Assembly (NCBI RefSeq): GCF_024521635.1
Contig: NW_026250421.1
Span: forward strand, 558,001 to 622,000
Source: Tricharina praecox
Lineage: Eukaryota
Length of the DNA stretch: 64,000 nucleotides
Direction: 5' to 3'
The translations under genes were made by a program, and so were the position numbers. This document shows positions 60,501 through 64,000 of this stretch, in pieces (within the stretch, counting starts at the first letter, position 1; each line of letters begins with the position of its first letter). The notes under the pieces were generated by a model. That model saw only the letters and a program-made list of their open reading frames with translations, ran no database searches and was not told where the DNA came from.

Positions 60501-62142
60501 CCTCCTTGCTGCATCCGGCCGGCATCTATCGGCCATCGCGATTACCCTGCTCGTGCTCTCCGCTTCTATTCCGTCTCAGCCGCAGAAAAGGAAGCTCCTT
60601 GGAAGAAATCTCCGGCGAGCGGCATGCGTCTCCGCCGCGGCGAGAGCAAAGCATCAAGCGATTCGCTGCAACCGACGTCCGGCCAGGCCGAGACGACCAT
60701 CTGATATCAGGCGAGGATTCACCGTGCGTCGTTCGTTGTTCAGCTTGTCACCGCAGCATCATCTCCGTCGCCCTGGGCAGTGGGTTCAGGTTCAATTCAA
60801 CACGACATCCATCCAGCATCCACCGCTCCCTCATCCTCACCCCTTCCCCCCTCCCCTCGCCTCCTCATGCTCTCGCGCCTCGCCAGCGCCGCGTCTCTCT
60901 GTCACCTCTCACCTCCTCGGGCCAGATCGTCCGTAAAGCTCGCTCGCTCACTTCCTTTCCCCCAGACCCAGACCTCCTTCCCCTTTCGGCTCCAGAATTA
61001 TTTCCCAACCACAAAAAAAAGCCGCACCATCACATCAGATACAGTGGGCCGCGCATGTCACCATGTCACCCACCCACGCACCCGGCCCATCGGATATTCT
61101 CGGATCGGGTGCCCTCGGTATCTGATTGAAATTAGAGTTATCAGATTGAGTAAGTGCAGAGCACGCGGCACGCGGGGGTGGAAGGGGGGCGGTGGAAGGA
61201 GGGTTTATTTTTTTGCTTTTTGCTTTTGTTGCTTCCTTGAACTTTACCGGCGGGGAAGGGAGGGGAGGGGAGTGGGGAGCAGCAAACAGCAGCAGGCGAT
61301 TACCGATGCTGATGGATGGGAGAATTTCGGGCGCTGAGCTGACCCAGCTGAGCTGACTCCGGCTGCGGAGTTGGCGACAAACGTATGGATGCCACTCGGT
61401 TATCTGGAGGTAAGGTAAAGGATATGTAGGTGCTCTGTATACTTCCGGAGCACTCTACCGTGGCGTGGGCACTCGTGTAAAGGAGGATCGCCGTGTACGG
61501 CTACTACTCGCTCGCACGGAGAATCAGGGAATACGGTAAGGAGATGTGGCGATCTATGGAGAAGCCAGCCAGCCCCAGCAAGCGGTCAAGCAGGCAGGCA
61601 GGGGAAGTGAAAGCAGGAACACAGCAGCAGGCGAAATGGGTCGGCATATGCGTGTTCGCTGCTCTACTCGGTAGTCTTACAGCTTCTAGATCGTTTGGCT
61701 GTCCTTATCAAGTTGTCCGTATTCGGATGGGCGGTGGAGTGAGTGCGTCCCGAAGTGAAAAAGGACCCATCCCCACCGACACCTTCCGTTCGTCGAATTC
61801 TGTCCGAGTTCTTCCAAGTACACTCCTTCTCACTCACACCCACACCCACGCTCACACCCCTACTCACACTTCTCTCCTCCTCAACAACTGCCCCTCTGCC
61901 ATCAACGTGTGGTTTAAAAACGACAACTCTGCGCGCTCCCTACCCTCTCCCCCGTCACTGTTGCATCGGCTACGCCCTTCCGTAAAAGTCTACTTGCTTC
62001 TCGCCACCCATCTCGCCTCGTGGCCCCTTCTATTAGACTCTCGAGACCCTCCCTTGCCCATTCTCTCTTCAAATCAACATCATCGCGACATCACACCCTT
62101 CACAGGTCGCCAGTAGCAACACCCACCCCGAATAGTAGCAGA

Positions 62143-64000
62143 ATGGGTAAGTGCTCGGCTCCGCATTGCTACTACTGGTTTTGGCCGGGTCGCGGAATTG
62201 AAGCACTAACACCAAGTTTATAGCCCACGTTTTGCTTCCACCGCGCGACCCGCACCAACATTCAATCCCCCACCACCACCATCAACACAACCAGAACCCC
62301 AATTCCCCCATGATCCGAAGGATGAGTAGCAGCTCCACCACCACCACAACGTCGGTGCATAATGAGTCGCCCGCCGACATCGAGCAGACCATCCCGGAGG
62401 AGCCGGCCGCCCTTCCGACTGCCGAGGTCTCGGCTCCCACCAACGCCGCCGGCGGTATGGAGACAACCGAAAACCAGGTCGACATTCTGATCCAGAAGAT
62501 GAACAAGTGGAAGAGCCCCGTGCTCGGCATCGACTTTACGAGCACCGGCAAGACTCGTCGCGCCCCATCGCAGTTGCTCAAAGTGGGCTTGAACGACCCG
62601 TTGCACGGTCTCGATGACTCGTCGGCGACGAATCTTATCCAAGGCCAATGCTGCGGTGGCGGCTGCTGTCGTCTTCCATCTGGTGCGCCGTCGCCCGCCA
62701 GGTCGCCTGCGCCGCTGAACCTCGATATCCCCGACAACGACGCGTTCCAGAGTCTCAAGCTCAAGTTGTCGCCGCTTTCGTCTCGCAGCAGGCTGTCTAG
62801 CATCACGCCGCTGCCGGTGAAGAACATCTCGATTGAGTCGGTGCAGGAGCCCGAGGAGCACAAGTCGACGGCGTTCACTCACCCGCCGAAGTTCGTCACT
62901 CCGCACCCTCCGTACGAGGTGTTTGCGGCCAAGGTTAGCTGTACCCGCGAGTTGACCAGACCTGGCGCTCCCAAGCGGACCTACCACTTCGACCTCGATG
63001 TCACCGATTACCCCGAGGAGGCCGAGGGTGTCGACTTCCGTGTCGGTGGTGCGATCGGTGTCCAGGCGCCCAACGATTTCGAGAGCGTGGATGCCATCTT
63101 CGATCTGTTGGAGATTTCGCAGGAAGACCGGGATGCTCCCGTCATGTTGAAGACCGAGGGTGGCCGCTGGCCTACCATCTGGGGGGAGGAGGAGCCTCGC
63201 ACCCTGCTTACTACCCGCCGTGAGCTACTGACGTGGACCGTCGACATTCAGTCTTACCCGCCGACCAAGAACCTCTTGCGTCTGCTGGCCGAGTATGCGT
63301 CCGACGAGGACCAGAAGACGATCCTCTTGTACCTCTGCTCCAAGCAGGGACAGGCCGCCTTTTGCGAGTATGTGTTCTCCTCTTCCGTCTCACACCATCC
63401 CGTGCTCGGGGTTGCCCTCCCTTTTTTTTTTGACTTCCATGATGCACTTATCAGATCTACTGATTAACTGACATCGATTTCAGACTGCGCACAGGCCCCT
63501 ACGTTACACTGGAGCAGCTTCTCAATGCGTTCCCCTCGTCGAAGCCCCCCTTCGACCACCTGTTGTGCAACCTCTCGACGTTGATGCCCCGCTTCTACTC
63601 GCTCTCCAACGACCCCCACTTCTCGCGCGATGCCTCCCACCGCCGCATCATCGAGATCGCCGTCACCGTGCACGAGTCCTCGATGCGCTGGCGCCCCGGC
63701 AACCGCACCGGCGTAGGCTCGGGCTTCTTCGAGCGGACCGCGCGCAAGATCCTCGCATCCCCCTCCTCGACCGAGACTTATCACATCCCGATGTTCCGCG
63801 GTCTGATGGCGAACCCACTGGCAAAGGAGTTCGTCGCCGACGGCCCCATGCTGCTGATCGGCGCGGGCGTCGGCATCGCGCCGTTCCGCGGCTTCGTCCA
63901 GCGGCGCCTGCAGAACGCCAACTGCGTCAACAAGGTGTGGGTTCTGCAGGGCGTGCGCGACTCGCTCGTTGACGAGCTGTATTCCGGCGAGTGGGGCGTC
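62143..64000 (+). CDS. FAD/NAD(P)H-binding oxidoreductase of the diflavin reductase (CPR/MTRR/sulfite reductase flavoprotein) superfamily; 3'-partial
   Basis: ATG at 62143, introns 62147-62223 and 63368-63483. Motifs RTYHFDLD, GGAIGV.APN, LMPRFYSLS, MLLIGAGVGIAPFRGF. Confidence 0.88.

Overview
Eukaryotic DNA from a filamentous ascomycete: short GT-AG introns with CTRAC branch points. The gene content suggests Pezizomycotina, possibly Pezizomycetes (inference). The window holds about 16 protein-coding loci: sulfite reductase beta subunit (MET5); a 1891-aa secreted, probably GPI-anchored, EVPVT-repeat protein; a single-TM hypothetical protein; a VelC-like velvet regulator flanked by about 14 kb upstream and 4.5 kb downstream of gene-free, microsatellite-rich DNA; a compact housekeeping block (DOHH/LIA1, DIB1, COG2, POL32, RPA12, Bin3-type methyltransferase); a probable eIF4E-binding protein; prolyl-tRNA synthetase; a bestrophin-family protein; an F-box protein; an LRR-like hypothetical protein; and an FAD/NADPH oxidoreductase cut by the window end. 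An internally deleted Ty1/copia element (LTRs, PBS, gag, PPT) lies at about 16.5-17.7 kb. The most notable oddities are an in-frame TGA at a conserved Trp of the normally essential spliceosomal gene DIB1, the giant articulin-like repeat surface protein, and the velvet gene desert. All calls come from reading the sequence by eye; no database searches were run.
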